A DNA stretch of 64,000 bases from Camelus dromedarius (Eukaryota). Position 1 is the stretch's first letter. Each line of letters starts with the position of its first letter. Under the pieces are notes generated by a model. It saw only the letters and a list, made by a program, of their open reading frames with translations. It was not told the DNA's origin and ran no database searches. Of this stretch, positions 49,681 through 63,134 are shown piece by piece. The DNA lies in assembly GCF_036321535.1 (NCBI RefSeq), contig NC_087437.1, positions 12,526,001 through 12,590,000 of the forward strand, read 5' to 3'. Position numbers and translations under genes: made by a program.

Positions 49681-51747
49681 CTTGACGTGGCCCACCCCAC
49701 AGCTCACCTGGCTGCGCTGCCCTGGCTGCTCTGGGACCCTGTCCCCAGCTCGCCTCCTTCCCTCATCGGTCTTCTACTGACCGTCACCCCAGTGTCCAGC
49801 CGCCCTGAGCGTGCTGGCCCGAGAGCCTCACACCTCCACGTTCCTGAAAAGGCTGTGCCCTGGAATTGCACTTCCACTCTTTCCCCTTCATGTGAACCCC
49901 CAGGAGCCTGCTGATGTGTCACTTCCTCTCTGAAGCCACACCTGAGCCCCATCCCACACTCCAGGCGGAGTTATCCATCTTTCCCCCGTGCTCTCATAGG
50001 ACTCTGAATGTACGTCCGAGAACCACAAACTTACATCAGATTGTCCTGCTTCCTGGCTTGATTATAAACTCCTGAAAGACAAGCATCCTGTCTTCCTCAC
50101 CTTGTAGCCCCAGAAGTTGGCCTGATGCTTTGCTCAGTGAGGTTAGATGGGTCAAGTGGTTTAAATGTGGCTGTTTTAAAAGACAGCCAACCCCAGCATC
50201 TCTGTAGCTTCACTTCTTGGGACGTTGTCAGGCCCAAAGCCGATCTGGGTATAGTCTGTTCCACTGCCAGTCATTCATGTCTCTGCTTCGGGCCCGGAAC
50301 AGGTTGTGTAACTTCTCCAGGGCTGTGTCTTCCACCTGGGTAAGAGGAGCCCTGGTGTTGACTAGGAGCCTGGGGATGACGTGGCCATCGATGGTTTTCA
50401 TCCTGTGTAGACAGCTGTGGATGAAAACAGCTGGCTTCCTCTTGCCACTTCCCTCCCCTGGAAGATATCAGATCTTCTAGTGGGTTTGCCACGGGAGACC
50501 TTGAACTGCGCCGGCCTCATGTGTAACTGCATGCAAAATCCCGGGACAGAGGAGAGGCTGAAATGGACAAGGGGCAGAGCTGGGGCTCACTTTTGCCGAA
50601 GTTGCTATTAAGTTGCTCACTGGAAAAAGGCAGGTATGGAGGGACAGGCTGGACATGGGGGTCAGGAGGACCCTAAAGGAAAGTGGAAGATGAGACTTAT
50701 TCCTAAATGAAGATTCGTGTGCTGTGGTGAAGGGGGATGGTGGCCCCTGGGGCCTCTGACATTGGCCCAGGGCGCCCCCCCCACCCCCTGTCTGTAACAC
50801 ATCCTATTTCTTCTTTCCTTTTTGAAAACCGCTGCCCATTAATTTACAAAAGAACCTCTTTACTTTGCTCTATGGTTTTATATTTATGTCATCTGTGCCT
50901 TTGAGTGGTAGGCAAAAGACGTCTTTGATTTCATTTGAGAATGCTGGTCAGTGTTTATTTCACTGCATTTTTCCCTATGACACTTTCATAAGTGTTTTGG
51001 TAGAATAGAGCAATTGAATAATCTCTGAATTTAAGAGCCCCTAAGCACTCGTTGACAACTTCTCATGGGGGACACATTGAGCTTAAAAACAGCTTTTCAT
51101 AAAGTCTCTAAATTCCCGATTTATACTTTAGATGTGAATGTCCCCGTGGGTAGACTGGACGCCATGAATGTGCTTTGTCTGGACACTTGGATACTTCCCC
51201 GAGAGGCTCCTGTTGTTCTCAGTGTCCCTCATTTCCCCTTTAGTGTTAAACGTACATTAAAACAAACCTTTTGGATTTAAGGCCCTTAACCTCAGTTAAA
51301 ATCACTTTTCTTGCTGCACAGATTATATTGATATGCTCGTATGGCTGGATTTTACTGGCTTAATAACGAGGAAATTCATATTGTAGGTTGCCCTGTGTAC
51401 TTGGAAAATTACATAAAAATCGTTGTCAGGGCACTTAACGTCTTTCTAATTTTAGTTTATTTCTTCATTTGTTCCCCTGTCCTCGCCTGTTACTATGTTT
51501 CCAAGGTTCACCATGATCATTTTGTTCTGTTCAACAGAGGTGGAGCACGAACCCCGTCTTCTCCTTTCACCCCACCGTGCACAGATTCCCCCAAAGCACA
51601 CCCCCTCCAAAGTAAATGAAAGACTAGAAACTTTATACTTTTATATCTAAAAATGTCATGGAAGCTGGAAAATAAAAACCTGCTGCCCCGTTCCACGTAC
51701 CAAAAGTTACTATTTTCCTGCCTCTGTCCAGGAGATTTAAAAAGGAA

Positions 51748-51785
51748 GAACAAAACAAAACAAAACAAAACAAAACAAAAAAACA
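51748..51785. repeat. (CAAAA)n microsatellite
   Basis: Direct reading. Confidence 0.95.
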
Positions 51786-53490
51786 CCACCAACAGATTCC
51801 ATTTGGGCACCAGCAGCCGGTGATGTCTTGAAGCCCATTAGCACTCAGACTCCAAAGGAAGTATTAAAATTCCTGCAGCTTTACGAACACGTATCTCCCC
51901 GCAGCCTGTCTCCTGGAAGCGGGACCCTCAGCACTTTCTCACCTTAGAAGAAGGAGAAATTTCCATTACACAACAGGGCAGAGCACAGGAAGGAACAAAG
52001 GGCTTTGAGGTTAGCCTGAGCTGGCTTCAGATCTGGTCCTACCCTCCGGCTGTCTTGTCTTGGGCAGGACGTGTGATTTTGCTGCAGGTGGCCCAGCTGA
52101 CCCACAGCGTGGACAGTCTGGTCTTGCTGGAGTGTCTTGTGCCTCTGACCTCATGAGGGTGATGCATTTAGCATCCTGCCTGGCACCCAATAGGTCCTAA
52201 GTAAATGTTACCTGTCCTCTCGGCTTCCTCCTCTGGTGCTGACACAGGGTCTGTTCGGTGCTGGTGTCGTTGCTGCCACAGGCTTTCTTAAAATTTTAAC
52301 ATCTACAGCCTGGATCCTCCTTCAGGACAAAAGTGAAAGGCAGAGGCTCTGTTCATGTTGAATTGTTTCTAACGCCACTGTGTAGATGTACAGCCCCAAA
52401 TATTCTGTCACCACATTAAGAATAAAGCTTGCAGGCATCGTTTCTAAAATAAACATCCGCCTTCCTTGGCTACTGTAAACTTGGAGGCAGATGGCTCATT
52501 TGCCCGGAGATGCCGGGACACGTGTAATCAGAGAATGGGCTAGGATCCTGGCACCGGAGAGCCCTACTCCGTGGGGAAGGCTGACCTGGGGTGGTAGAAA
52601 GGATGCTTCCTGCATCGTCAGCTCAAGGTGAGGCCGCTGGGGTCTCCCGGGCAGTGCCAAACCCAGGCCACGTTGTCACCGAGGCAGAGACTCCCTCCCA
52701 CCCTGCATCCTCCTTTTTCAGCCTCTGTGGCACCTTCCAACTCTCCGCTTCCTTTATCTGGGGCTCTGTGGCCTGCCTTCCCCCTGGATCCATCATCTCC
52801 TTCCTCCCAAGCACGTCTTATCACCCTTTGGCCTCATCAGCAACACCGCTTCTGCAGGCAGCCACGTGGGAGGAGAGCTGGGGAGGACGAGGGTGATGAT
52901 GTGACAGCTGACGGTCACAATGTGCTATGACAGCCACAAAGTCTCCCAAGGCAGGTCATCCCCTGCGGTGGGTAGGACAGGCGTGGATTCTGATCCTCGG
53001 CGTCCTGAAATTCAGAGAGGCTGAGACCTGCTTGAAGTCTCGGTGCTGCCATAAACCCACAGGCCCGATTCCAGTTCCCAGTTATCTTTTCAGCTTCACT
53101 TTGCTTCTCTAAGAAAGTTCTTGTCTGTATTTAACGTGAAAAAGTCTTCAGTATCTTCACCCATCTTTGCTCCCAAGTCACGTACGCTATCATTTACATA
53201 TATGATTTGATTTGATTTGATATGTGTGTTGGTTTAATACAGTATTTCCCCTGCTATAAAGTCGGCATCCAGTGATGTGAAACAGAATTGTTGGGAGTAC
53301 TGAACTTAGCATCGGATTATGTCAAATCGTGCAGTGAAAAAGTTAATTCTGTTTTCAGTATGCATTCAGTCTTCTTATTGCCAGTGAGAAAAATCTCCAT
53401 TTGATTCAGTATGTCCTTTGCTGTCCCCTCTTTTTGACAGAGAGGACAGGCAACAAACCGTCCCTAGTTAGGACTAAATTATGTTTACTT

Positions 53491-53660
53491 CAGAGGTGTG
53501 CAAACTTTCTGAAATGGCCAGATAGTGTAGACCTTAGGCTTTGCAGGCCATTGGGCGTTAGTTGCCACTACTTAACTCTGCCATTGCAGCCTGAAGTCTT
53601 CGTAAAGGCACGGCTTTGTTCCAATAACACTTTATTTACAAACTCAGGCAGTTGACCTGA
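53491..53660. mobile_element. MER58A-like hAT MITE, internally deleted
   Basis: CAGAGGTGTGCAAACTTTCTG..GGCCAGATAGT..TTAGGCTTTGCAGGCCA...CCAATAACACTTTATTTACAAA. Confidence 0.75.
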
Positions 53661-54483
53661 AAATGCTGTTTATTTTCTCTTCTTACCTCGTACTTACGGC
53701 CAATGCTACTACTTTCCTCTTTGTAGTAGTAAACAAAATTCTCTAAAATTTATTCAACCAGAATATTAATTTAGACAAAAATCATCAGAGGATACTGGCC
53801 TGAGAGTATGTGGAAAACCATGAAGGTAGTCATGGACTGAAGTTTGAGAAACCCTGGTTTTCTGTGTCAGCTGGTCAGATGTTCTGGTACCTTGACAGGA
53901 ACAGAACCACATCTGGGGACCCTTGCTTGTTGGTCTGGATCCCCCCGACCTGCCTTTGTCTTGCCCACGCCCCCCCCCAGCCCTCTCCCCACCCTGAGCC
54001 ACGCACAGCAGAAGGGCGTGGGCCTCGCTTGCTTGGATCCTCAGAGCTTCGTCCTGTCCAGGGTAGGGTCAGTATCGGGTGGGTCTGTGGGGGAGGGGTT
54101 TCAAGCATCAGGACGAACTGGAGAGGGATTAGGAGAAACCAGGGGCCTCCAGAGCATGGTTTGCTTGTCTCCTGCTTCTGAAGAGCAGTGGGCAGTGTTG
54201 GGGCCGAAGGCACAGACCCGAGGGGCAGCTTGGGCTCACAGCACAGCCCACCACTTACTTGGCTCCGTGCCGTCTGGGGCAGGTGATTTCCCATCCCTGC
54301 GCCTCTGCTTCCTTGTCTGTAACGTGGAGATCATAATAGCAGCTACTTCATCTGGCTACTGTGGGGAATGAATGAATGGATTTATGGCAGCGACTAAGGA
54401 CATTTCCTGCCTAAGTGTCAGCTCATGTTACTCTTCCTGCTACGGTGATGACCCATCCTGGCCTCCAAAGAATGGCCTGTTCA

Positions 54484-54990
54484 GGTGACTGGATAAAGAA
54501 GGTGTGGTATATATGTATATTCCATTGTACAGTGGGATACTGCTCAGCCATAAAAAGAATGAAATATGCCACTTGAAGCAATGTGGATGGACCTAGAGAT
54601 TCTCACACTAAGTGAAGCAAGTCAGAGAAAAACAAATATTATATGATACCACATACATGAAATCTTTAAAAAAAAAAACGACACAAACGAACTTATTTAT
54701 AAAACAGAAAGAGACTCACATAGAAAACGAACTTACTGTTACCAAGGGTCGAAGGTGGGAGAGAGGGCTAAATTAACAGTTTGGGATTAGCAGATATAAA
54801 CTACTATATACAGAATAGATTAGCAAGGTCCTGGTGTAGAGCACGGGGAACTACATTCAATATCTTGTAGTAGCCTAAAATGAAAAAGAATACGAGAAAC
54901 AATATATATAGTATAACTGAGTCACAATGGTGTACACCAGAAACTAACATAGCATTGTAAATCAACTATGTCTCAGTTTAAAAAAACAAA
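54484..54990 (+). mobile_element. L1 3' end (~500 bp) with a decayed TSD
   Basis: GACTGGATAAAGAAG..CAGCCATAAAAAGAATGAAAT...GTACACCAGAAACTAACATAGCATTGTAAATCAACTAT plus A-tail; flanks AAAGAATGGCCTGTTCA and AAAGGATACCCTGTTCG (13/17). Confidence 0.9.
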
Positions 54991-55456
54991 AAAGGATACC
55001 CTGTTCGGTCATCAGTATGGTCCTCAGTGACTGTACAGGACAGCCCAGTGGTCCATTTGCTCAAAACAAGAAGTACTCTCAAATTCGACATTTGTCCTTG
55101 GGGGCTCAGACCCAGCACCACACAGCCCAGCACCAGCACTGAGCCACGGCCCTTCGCCACTTAGAGAATCAGCTCCAAGTGAGTCAGTGTGAGTGACAGC
55201 CCTACGCAGACAGCTCAGCCCGCCCTGGACACCGACCAGAGGTCCCCACGTGGGCCACTGCTGAGCACTGAGCACACTGGTCGGAGGCTATAGCCTTGAG
55301 TGTGATGCTGTCCCCACCTGCCCTCCCTCCCTCCCGCTTGTCCTTCAACCCACCTCCCTCCTAAGGGTGCTCCTCCAGCAAGGAGCAGGTGGGGCCCATT
55401 CTCACATCCCCACACTGTGACATGTTCATGGCACCTCTGCGGGGTGACTTTCAAAG

Positions 55457-56085
55457 TGTCAATGAAAATAATCAATAAACGTTCAGTAGTAAGAATAGAA
55501 AAGAGATATGGATGCATGTGCACGACTGAGACATTGTGCTCTACACCAGAAACTGACACGTTGTAACTGATATTACTTCAATTGAAAAAAAAAAAAAGGA
55601 ATAGAAAAGAACTTTATTTAAGCCAAACTGAGGACTAGCCTGGAAGCCCACTTCCCAGGTTACTCTGAGAAGCTGCTCTGGAGAAGCAGGATTTCAGCAC
55701 ACTTTTATGTCTTGTCAGGAAAAAGAACATGAAACAAGCCATGGATACATTTCTTCAAGGTTTATTTAAAAAAAAAAAAATGAACAGACCAGCCCGTACA
55801 CGTCCGGCACGTACAGTATAGCCTTGAACCTGGGAAGGGAGTCTTATCATCAAGGGAGGACCAGCACTGGCGTCCCGGGAAGAAGGGCATTTAATCTTTA
55901 TTTTTAACATGGACATTCTTTACTTCTGGTCAATGTGCCTTTTACTTTAATAATTAAAATAGATATACAATGTATGTTTGATAGGCCACAGACAGGCTGT
56001 GTCAGTTAGCATCAAATTCAGGTTAACTCAGGTGTCAGCCAGAATGGCTTCCCCACAGCTGAATATGTGAACATTTCTTTTATTA
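55457..56085 (-). mobile_element. ERV1-class solo LTR with a nested L1 tail
   Basis: Inverted termini TGTCAATGAAAA and TTCTTTTATTA; minus-strand AATAAA near 55615; ACTTTATTTAAGCCAAACTGAGGACT motif. Confidence 0.7.
55505..55596 (+). mobile_element. Ultra-short (~92 bp) young L1 tail
   Basis: GACTGAGACATTGTGCTCTACACCAGAAACTGACACGTTGTAACTG plus poly(A); TSD AAGAATAGAAAAGA (55491-55504) and AGGAATAGAAAAGA (55597-55610). Confidence 0.9.
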
Positions 56086-58019
56086 AAGGTCAGGCTCGTT
56101 TTGAGTTCAGGAGGGAGGGATGTGTGGGGTGGGGGAGGAGGGAGCACAGCAGGTGGCCCCTGCCCGGGCTGGGAGCATCCCGAGGGCAGGCACAGAGGTG
56201 AGGCCCATTCTTATTTGGGTCCTCGACATGATGCCTTGTATTTCTAGTTCATTCTGCAGTGGGTTGGAGGCAAAGAGTACCGGAGAAGTGGAGATCCCAA
56301 ATCAGAAACTTTTATCTGATCTTCCCAAGAGTTAGAGTTTGAATCAGTGCGTTGATACATTGAGCCCATTTTTATTTTTTCCATCTTGCTTCCTTCTGTA
56401 ATTTGCATATTGCCCCCTTTGATGACATGAAGCCTGGTTGTCGTTTGTTCCGTGGTGGATGTAACCAGATAGTGCTTGTAAATCGGTCCGAAGAGAGAAG
56501 ATTTGCTTTCCCTCAAAACTGTACACACACGTACACCACATTTCATCCAATCTATAATTTGTTAAGGCGCAGTATAATTTTATGTACCACTAAAAAGAAA
56601 ACAGCGCCAATTAAACTAAGGCACACCAAAGACTGCAGGACAGGTGGCAATTTCAGAGACGGAGAGAGGGAGAAACCAGATAGCAGCTCTGTAAGAAAAG
56701 GAAGCGTCTCACATGCTCAGCTGGAAATATCCTATGTTTTCATCTTGAGCTATTTTTCATTCTGCTTTAAATAGACATTGATGATAAAACCTCAGTGCCC
56801 AGAGACAGTCCCCAGCACAGAGAGGTGGCTGAATAAATATGCAAGGACTTCTAAAATAGCTGGCAGAGAGCCCTTTGTTTGGAAACAAATGTCTCTGTGA
56901 AAATAGCAACCCGAAATTCTCCTGCAGTCCCCGGGTTCCGGGGCCATGAACATGGCCCTTGAAGTACCTTCTCCCAGTGACAGCAATTCTCTGGAGGGTG
57001 GCTGCCTAAATTGCTCAATAAATCCATGCATACAGTTCAGCCTGGAATTTGCTCTTCCTGGAGTGGTACTGAGCACGTAAACCAGTCTGCCATCACACAA
57101 TATTAACTCTCACAGTTAGGTTATCTCTCCCATCCCTCTACCTTTAATGCTGGGAAACAAAGAGTTGTGTTGATCCCATGAACGGGATTAATGGAGACAG
57201 GCATCTTTTTAGTGCTGGGACCAAGGACACCCTATTTCCTCAAGAGAAGGAATGTTTTTGTCCCAAATTCACACTTAATTGTGCTGACACTTCATCTCGC
57301 CAATATAATGGATCTCCATGACTTTAAAAAATTTCTCATGGTTTTATTTTCCAAGTGACTTTAGGACAGAAATGTTCTGTTTTGACATTGGAGGGTGCAA
57401 GTCCCCCATTCTTCCTTGTTTGTTTCTTTCGGGGTTGTTTAATAACATCACCTGACTTCTAAACAGCATTTTGATTTGGCAACGTTGTTTAAATCTTAAA
57501 ATAGAACGAAGGAATTTCCCTGGTGTTTCAAAGTGGGGCCGCCCAGGAGGCAGTTGTGATATGGCCCTGCCAGAGGGAAAGATGGAAGTTGCTTCTAGTA
57601 AACTCTGTCGACTTCGGGATTTACTGAGGCCAGGAAGAGAATTACGTGCAAACTGTAATGGGTGAAGGATTCCCACTATGTGTCCTGGAAATGTCGGGAC
57701 CAAGCTCCTGAACAACTTTAAGCTGAATGGAAATTGGGATGGAAACTGAGCTGTGGCACCCTTGGACTCTGAGCTCTCAAAAATGTGAAGATATACAACT
57801 CCGAGTGAACGCCCTGCCTCCAGAGAGACGCCAGGACTGCCTCCTGCTTCTGGGGTCTGAGCCTACACTTGGAGATGGCCTTCCCCATTGTCCCCAGGAT
57901 GACAATGGAATCCAGGGATACAGAATGTAAACCCGTGCATTTTTGCAAACAGTCCCTTTTGTGTGGCTCCGTGTTCCTGAATAATAGAATGACGTCCAGC
58001 AAATCGAACTCCCCCAGGT

Positions 58020-58710
58020 GCTTTACTCCACCAGAAAGGCTGACATTAGATAGATTAACACATTACGCTGTACACCAGAAATTGACACATTGTAACTGAC
58101 TATACTTCAATATAAAATGAAAGAATTAATAATACCTAGTGTTGGTGGGACGTGAAGCAACTGAACTCTCACATGTGGCTGGTGGAAGTAAAAGTCGAGC
58201 CAAAGTTTGGAGAACTGTTTGGCAATATCTGCTAAGGGTGAGCATCCCAGTGTGACCCAGTGATCCACTCCTGGGGAGATCCTCGGGAGAAGTGATTGCC
58301 TAGGCTTCCAAAAGATGGTCTCAAGAATGTTCACAGCAGCTCTGTGCATGATAGCCCAAGGCTGGAAATAGCCCACGTGTCCATCAGCGGTAGAATGTGT
58401 AAATAAATTGTGACCTATTCAAATTACGGAATGTGCATAGCAAGAAAAAAGGAACTAACCACTAGTAAATACAACAGCATGGGTGAACCTCACAGACGTA
58501 CTGTTGAATAAAAGAACTCAGAATAAAAGAGAATATTCTACATAATTCCCTTTGGATAAAGATTTAAAATGAACAAACCTAATCTTGGTATGGGGATGAG
58601 TATGGTGGTTACCCCAGGACTCTGGTGGGTGCTGGACGTCCTACACATTGATTGGGTGTGTGCATAACTGTGCGTGTATGTTTTACCTCAATCAGAAAGA
58701 AAAAAAAAAG
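58020..58710 (+). mobile_element. Old L1M (ME/MC-type) 3' fragment
   Basis: AGCAACTGAACTCTCAC..CTGTTTGGCAATATCT..AAGAATGTTCACAGCAGCTCT..ATGGGTGAACCTCACAGAC. Confidence 0.8.
58056..58117 (+). mobile_element. Ultra-short (~60 bp) young L1 tail nested in an old L1M
   Basis: ACATTACGCTGTACACCAGAAATTGACACATTGTAACTGACTATACTTCAAT. Confidence 0.8.
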
Positions 58711-59869
58711 ATGGAAATGTGCAGGTAAGATTGGAGAGGGCATGGATGGCCGATCCCTCCTGCGCAGAGAGAAATTGTGTTATCACAGATGACGGATGCC
58801 GCATCCTCTCATTAGAAGACTCCTCCCCTCTTCTAACACGTTAACATTCCTTCAGGAGGTGCTTTGACCTCTCCGCCTTTTGTCTTTTCCTCTGACTTGG
58901 GACCTTTACCACTTGCAGCTTTGCATACTTAAGGAGCACTAGAGATGGGACGTTATCCCTGAGTTACTCTGAGGATGGTTATGTAATGCCTCTAATCGCA
59001 TCAACGCAACTAACCAGCTTTTCCCATTGGTGCCATGCACTGCAAATTAATAGCCCGTGGATCCATTTACAGCTTGTTGTGTTTCGGAAAACTATTTCAG
59101 CCATCAAATACTAAACAGCTTAAGAAGAGTTGTTATTTTCCAATGTTAAACTATCAGTAGTGTCAGTAAATTCCTCTCAGGTAGGTAAAGGGACCAAAGT
59201 ATGATTTAAGCACCAGTGTAGATTCTAGTTTAATAATTAGTTGCTATTTTACAGAATAAAAAGTCAAAGCAAGATGTCTTCTTATTTTGATTCACCCGTT
59301 AAAGGAAAACAGGCCTTTAAATTAGTAAGTGATCTAATTGAGAGTGGTTTAAAGAAGTTAACGAGAAGGAATGTAGCTAGTGGAATAGAAAGCCTACGTG
59401 GTTTTTTTTTGTTTGTTTTTTTGTTTTTTTTTTTTTTTACAGCTATCAGAGTAATTTCTCTGTGAGACTGTTCACTTTTAAAGAAAAAGTTCTTTAGATT
59501 TACAGAAAGTCCATCTTAATTTCTTTGTCCTTTTTATTATTTTTTTTTAAGTATTTAGTATATATGGATGACAAAACAGTAAAAATGGCAAATCCTTCCC
59601 TAGTACCAGTTGGCAGAATATGAACAATTATTTCAGCCTCTGGAACTTTAAACATGACGGATAGAATTTGTGGTTTAGTATGTTCGTGTATTAAAAATTT
59701 GATTTAGGATATGGAATATCACCTTAAGCATATCAAAACTAATGGAAGTTTCATTTCTGCAAAAAGGCAAGTATAAACAAACTCCAACCCTTTTTATGTA
59801 AATGTATTTCTCACTCAATGCCACCTCCAAAGAATGCAAGGGAGTCTATAAAAGTATTGTTTTAAAAAA

Positions 59870-60715
59870 ATGATTACAACTCAACGGTGAAAAAGGCAAC
59901 CTAATTAAAAAATAGACAACGGATTTGAATAGACATTTCACCAAAGAAGACATACAAATGGCCAAAAACACACAAAATGAGACTCAGTGTGTTTAGTGAT
60001 CAGGGAAGTACAAATCAAAATCACACTGAGTTACCACTTCACACCCACATCAAAAAAATAGACAATAACAAATGCTGGCAAAGAGAAGCAGAAATGCTCA
60101 CACATTGCTGGTGGGAATGTAAAATGGTGCAGCCACTTTGGATCTGGATTTGGCAGTTCCTCAAAGAATTAAACATAGAGTTACTGTATCACCCATCATT
60201 TCTACTCCAGATGGGTACTCAGGAGAACTGAAAACATGTGCCCCACAAAAACTTGATAGAAATGCTCATTTCGGTGTTATTCATAAAAGCCAAAAAGTGG
60301 AAACAACCCAAATGTCTGCTAATTAATGAAGAGACAAATAAAATGTGGTCTATCCATACAGTGGAATGTTACTCAGCCATAAAAAGGGATGAAATACTGA
60401 TACATGGTCCAACATGGATGGCCCTTGAAAGTATTATGCTGAGTGTAAGAAGCCAGTCACAAAGGCCACATAATGCATGAATTCACCTAAATAAAATTTC
60501 CAGAATAGGCAAATCCATAGAGACAGGTTATTAGGAGTGGCCAGAGGCTGGAGAGATTGGATAATGGGGAGTGACTGCGAGTGGGTTTCTTCCTGGAGTT
60601 GACAGTATTAGAACTTTGTGACTATATTAAAAACCTCTGAACTATACACTTTAAAAGGTAAATTTTATAGTATGTGAATTACATCTCAATTTTAAAAAGT
60701 GAAAGGATTAAAAAA
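59870..60715 (+). mobile_element. L1M (MA/MB-type) 3' end
   Basis: GAATAGACATTTCACCAAAGAAGACATACAAATGGCC, GCTGGTGGGAATGTAAAATGGTGCAGCCACTTTGG, GGAAACAACCCAAATGTC; ends GTGAATTACATCTCAAT plus A-rich tail. Confidence 0.9.
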
Positions 60716-61289
60716 AAAAAGTTAGGCTAATTGACTTAAGGGGAAATAGGAGAATAAACGTTGGAGTCAGATTGGAGCACTGAGGTGCATGCATCCTTGC
60801 ACAAGGGTCCTGGTGATCCCAGTGGTGAGGTCCTTGGCGTCCACAGGATGAAAACAGCCTCAGTGTTCAGAAGAATCTCTGGTTTTCCAGATGCTGATGA
60901 ATAGAGTTGGAGATCAACATCTCCCATGGGTCCTTCTAAAGAGAGTACTGGGAGGTATCCTTTAGAATGTCCTTGGCACTTTTCATTGCTCTTCCTTGGG
61001 ACATTGCTCCATGTACTTAAATCTTATCTGTTCCCAGATTGGAGGGGAAAAGGGCATAGACAAGCAAGGCAGTCTTTAAGACCCTACACCCCAAAAGAAA
61101 TAACCGGGGACACAACATTGAAGAGGACATGGTAAAGACTGTCCCCTCAAAGCAAGGGTGGCCGCCCCTCTCCTCATTCCATTTTACATTTTATCATTTA
61201 AAAGCGCTCTCCTTCAAACACTGCCTCTCTGGATAGTCCCTCAGTTTTGTTTGACTTCCCTTTCTAAGGCAAAAATCAACTCTATTTTA

Positions 61290-62070
61290 GAATGTTTTTC
61301 TCTTTATTGAGGTATAATTTACGTATCTTAGTGGCACAGATCTTAAGTGTACTATTTAATACATTTTGATAAATGTATACATCGTTCTAACCACCTTCCA
61401 AGTCAAGGTGTTAGAAGGGGACTGTTTGAACCTTCTGGGGTTGGAAGCTTCCGTATCTTGATTTGGGTACTGGTTATACTTAAAGTAGCTGTTCTGACAC
61501 CTGCCACCAGAGATGAGTTTTGCCTGTTGAGCTTCACACGTGTGGAGTCCCAGTCTGCACTCTTTATGTCTTGTGCCTTTCACGCGCTGTGTTTGCAGGA
61601 GTTTTCCATGTGGGTGTTGGATATTCGCTCCTTATTTTGCTGAGTAGTATTCCGTTTGACAGAGAGGCAGTTCTCACCTAAATGGATATTTGGGTTGCTT
61701 CCAGTTTGGGGCTAAAACTGCTGTGAACATCCTTGTTTTGTACATGTTTTGTAGGGGACATAGACACTTAGTTCTCTTAGGTACATACTCAGGAGTAGAA
61801 TTAGTAGGTCATAAGGACACATGTGTTTGATTAAAATTGGCCAGTTTTCCAAAGTGGTTGTACCAACGATTTCACTGATTTCCATCAGTGGTGTGTGTGT
61901 TTCCCAGTTGTTCCCTATCCTTGCCAAACCTCAATATTTGTTGTTTTTTTTTTTTAATTTTAGACATTCTACTGGGTATGAAGTGATCTCTCATTGTGGT
62001 TTTCATTTGCATTTTCTTGATCACTAATGATGTTACATTTCTTTTTAATTTCACAAAAGCTTGATCTGTT
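61290..62070 (-). mobile_element. Old L1M 3' end with an internal micro-inversion
   Basis: TTTATTGAGGTATAATTTAC..., GGATATTTGGGTTGCTTCCAGTTTGGGGCT, CTCATTGTGGTTTTCATTTGCATTTTC. Confidence 0.85.
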
Positions 62071-62516
62071 GTTAACTTAGAAAATATAAAACAAAACAAC
62101 ACATACTTTGCTCTCATATTTGTGAAAATGTAAAGTTTAGAAGATAGAGCTCAAGATGTTAAAATTATTGTTAATTTGTGTTTGAGCCTATCTGTATTTT
62201 TATCTTAATATTTAACCTCAGTATACATTTGTTAGTTGTGTGATAAAGAAAAGAAGAAAAGCTATTAAAAAAAGAAGAGGTTAATTCCTTGACTGATTGA
62301 AGTAGAACTTCTGTTTTCCTTATCGTCTAGTACTTTCAGCCATGTCACACTGGATACTGACAATGCTTTAGACAGAAATGGTTGAGAACATAGATGCTAA
62401 CACAGTTTTACACGTGTCTATTTCCCCAGGGAGAAACAAATCCATTCTTATACATGCAGGGATCTTGATATCTGAGGATAACATCCATATTTACCTCAGT
62501 TTAGTAGACCACAACC

Positions 62517-62750
62517 CAGGGGTCAGCAAACTTGAGCCCGTGAGTCAGTCTGGTCTGCTGCCTTTTTTTTTTTTTTTTTTAACCAGTAAAATTCTACTGG
62601 AGCATCGCCACATCCATTCACTTACGTATCACCTGTGGCTGCTCCCCCGCTGCAACAGCAGGGTTGAGTCGTTGCAATGAAGGCCATACCGCCCACAAAG
62701 CCTGAAACATTCACTCTCTGGCCCTTTACAGAAGGAGTTTGCCAACCCTG
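62517..62750. mobile_element. MER58A-like hAT MITE
   Basis: TIRs CAGGGGTCAGCAAACT and AGTTTGCCAACCCTG; decayed TSD CCACAACC/CCATAATT. Confidence 0.9.
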
Positions 62751-63073
62751 CCATAATTCATTCACTCTCCTTACATTTTCTACTTTAATTCAAACATTGA
62801 TTGTGAGAGTTTAGTTCCATGCCAAACATATGTGCAGTTTGTAACTGCACCTTCATTTCTATCCAGTTCATATAAGCGACTCAGTGGTTATGTGCTTTAC
62901 AATCATGTCTTGGTAATTCAATAGGGACCACATATCATTTCAACTTCGGACTGAAAATTCATTAACAAATCCTCTTTCAGCAGCACCCCAAGTTCCTTTC
63001 ATGTCAGGTGCAGGAAAAATAAAAGGATTTTGTTCTGGGTAGAAATGCAGCTAACTGTGAAGCCATGTAACTT

Positions 63074-63134
63074 TATTATTATTTTTTATTGATGTACAGT
63101 CAATTACAATGTGTCAATTTCTGGTGTACAGCAC
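63074..63134 (-). mobile_element. Ultra-short (~61 bp) young L1 tail
   Basis: T-rich tail plus ATTGATGTACAGTCAATTACAATGTGTCAATTTCTGGTGTACAGCAC; TSD AAGCCATGTAACTT (63060-63073) and AAGCCACGTAACTT (63135-63148). Confidence 0.9.
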
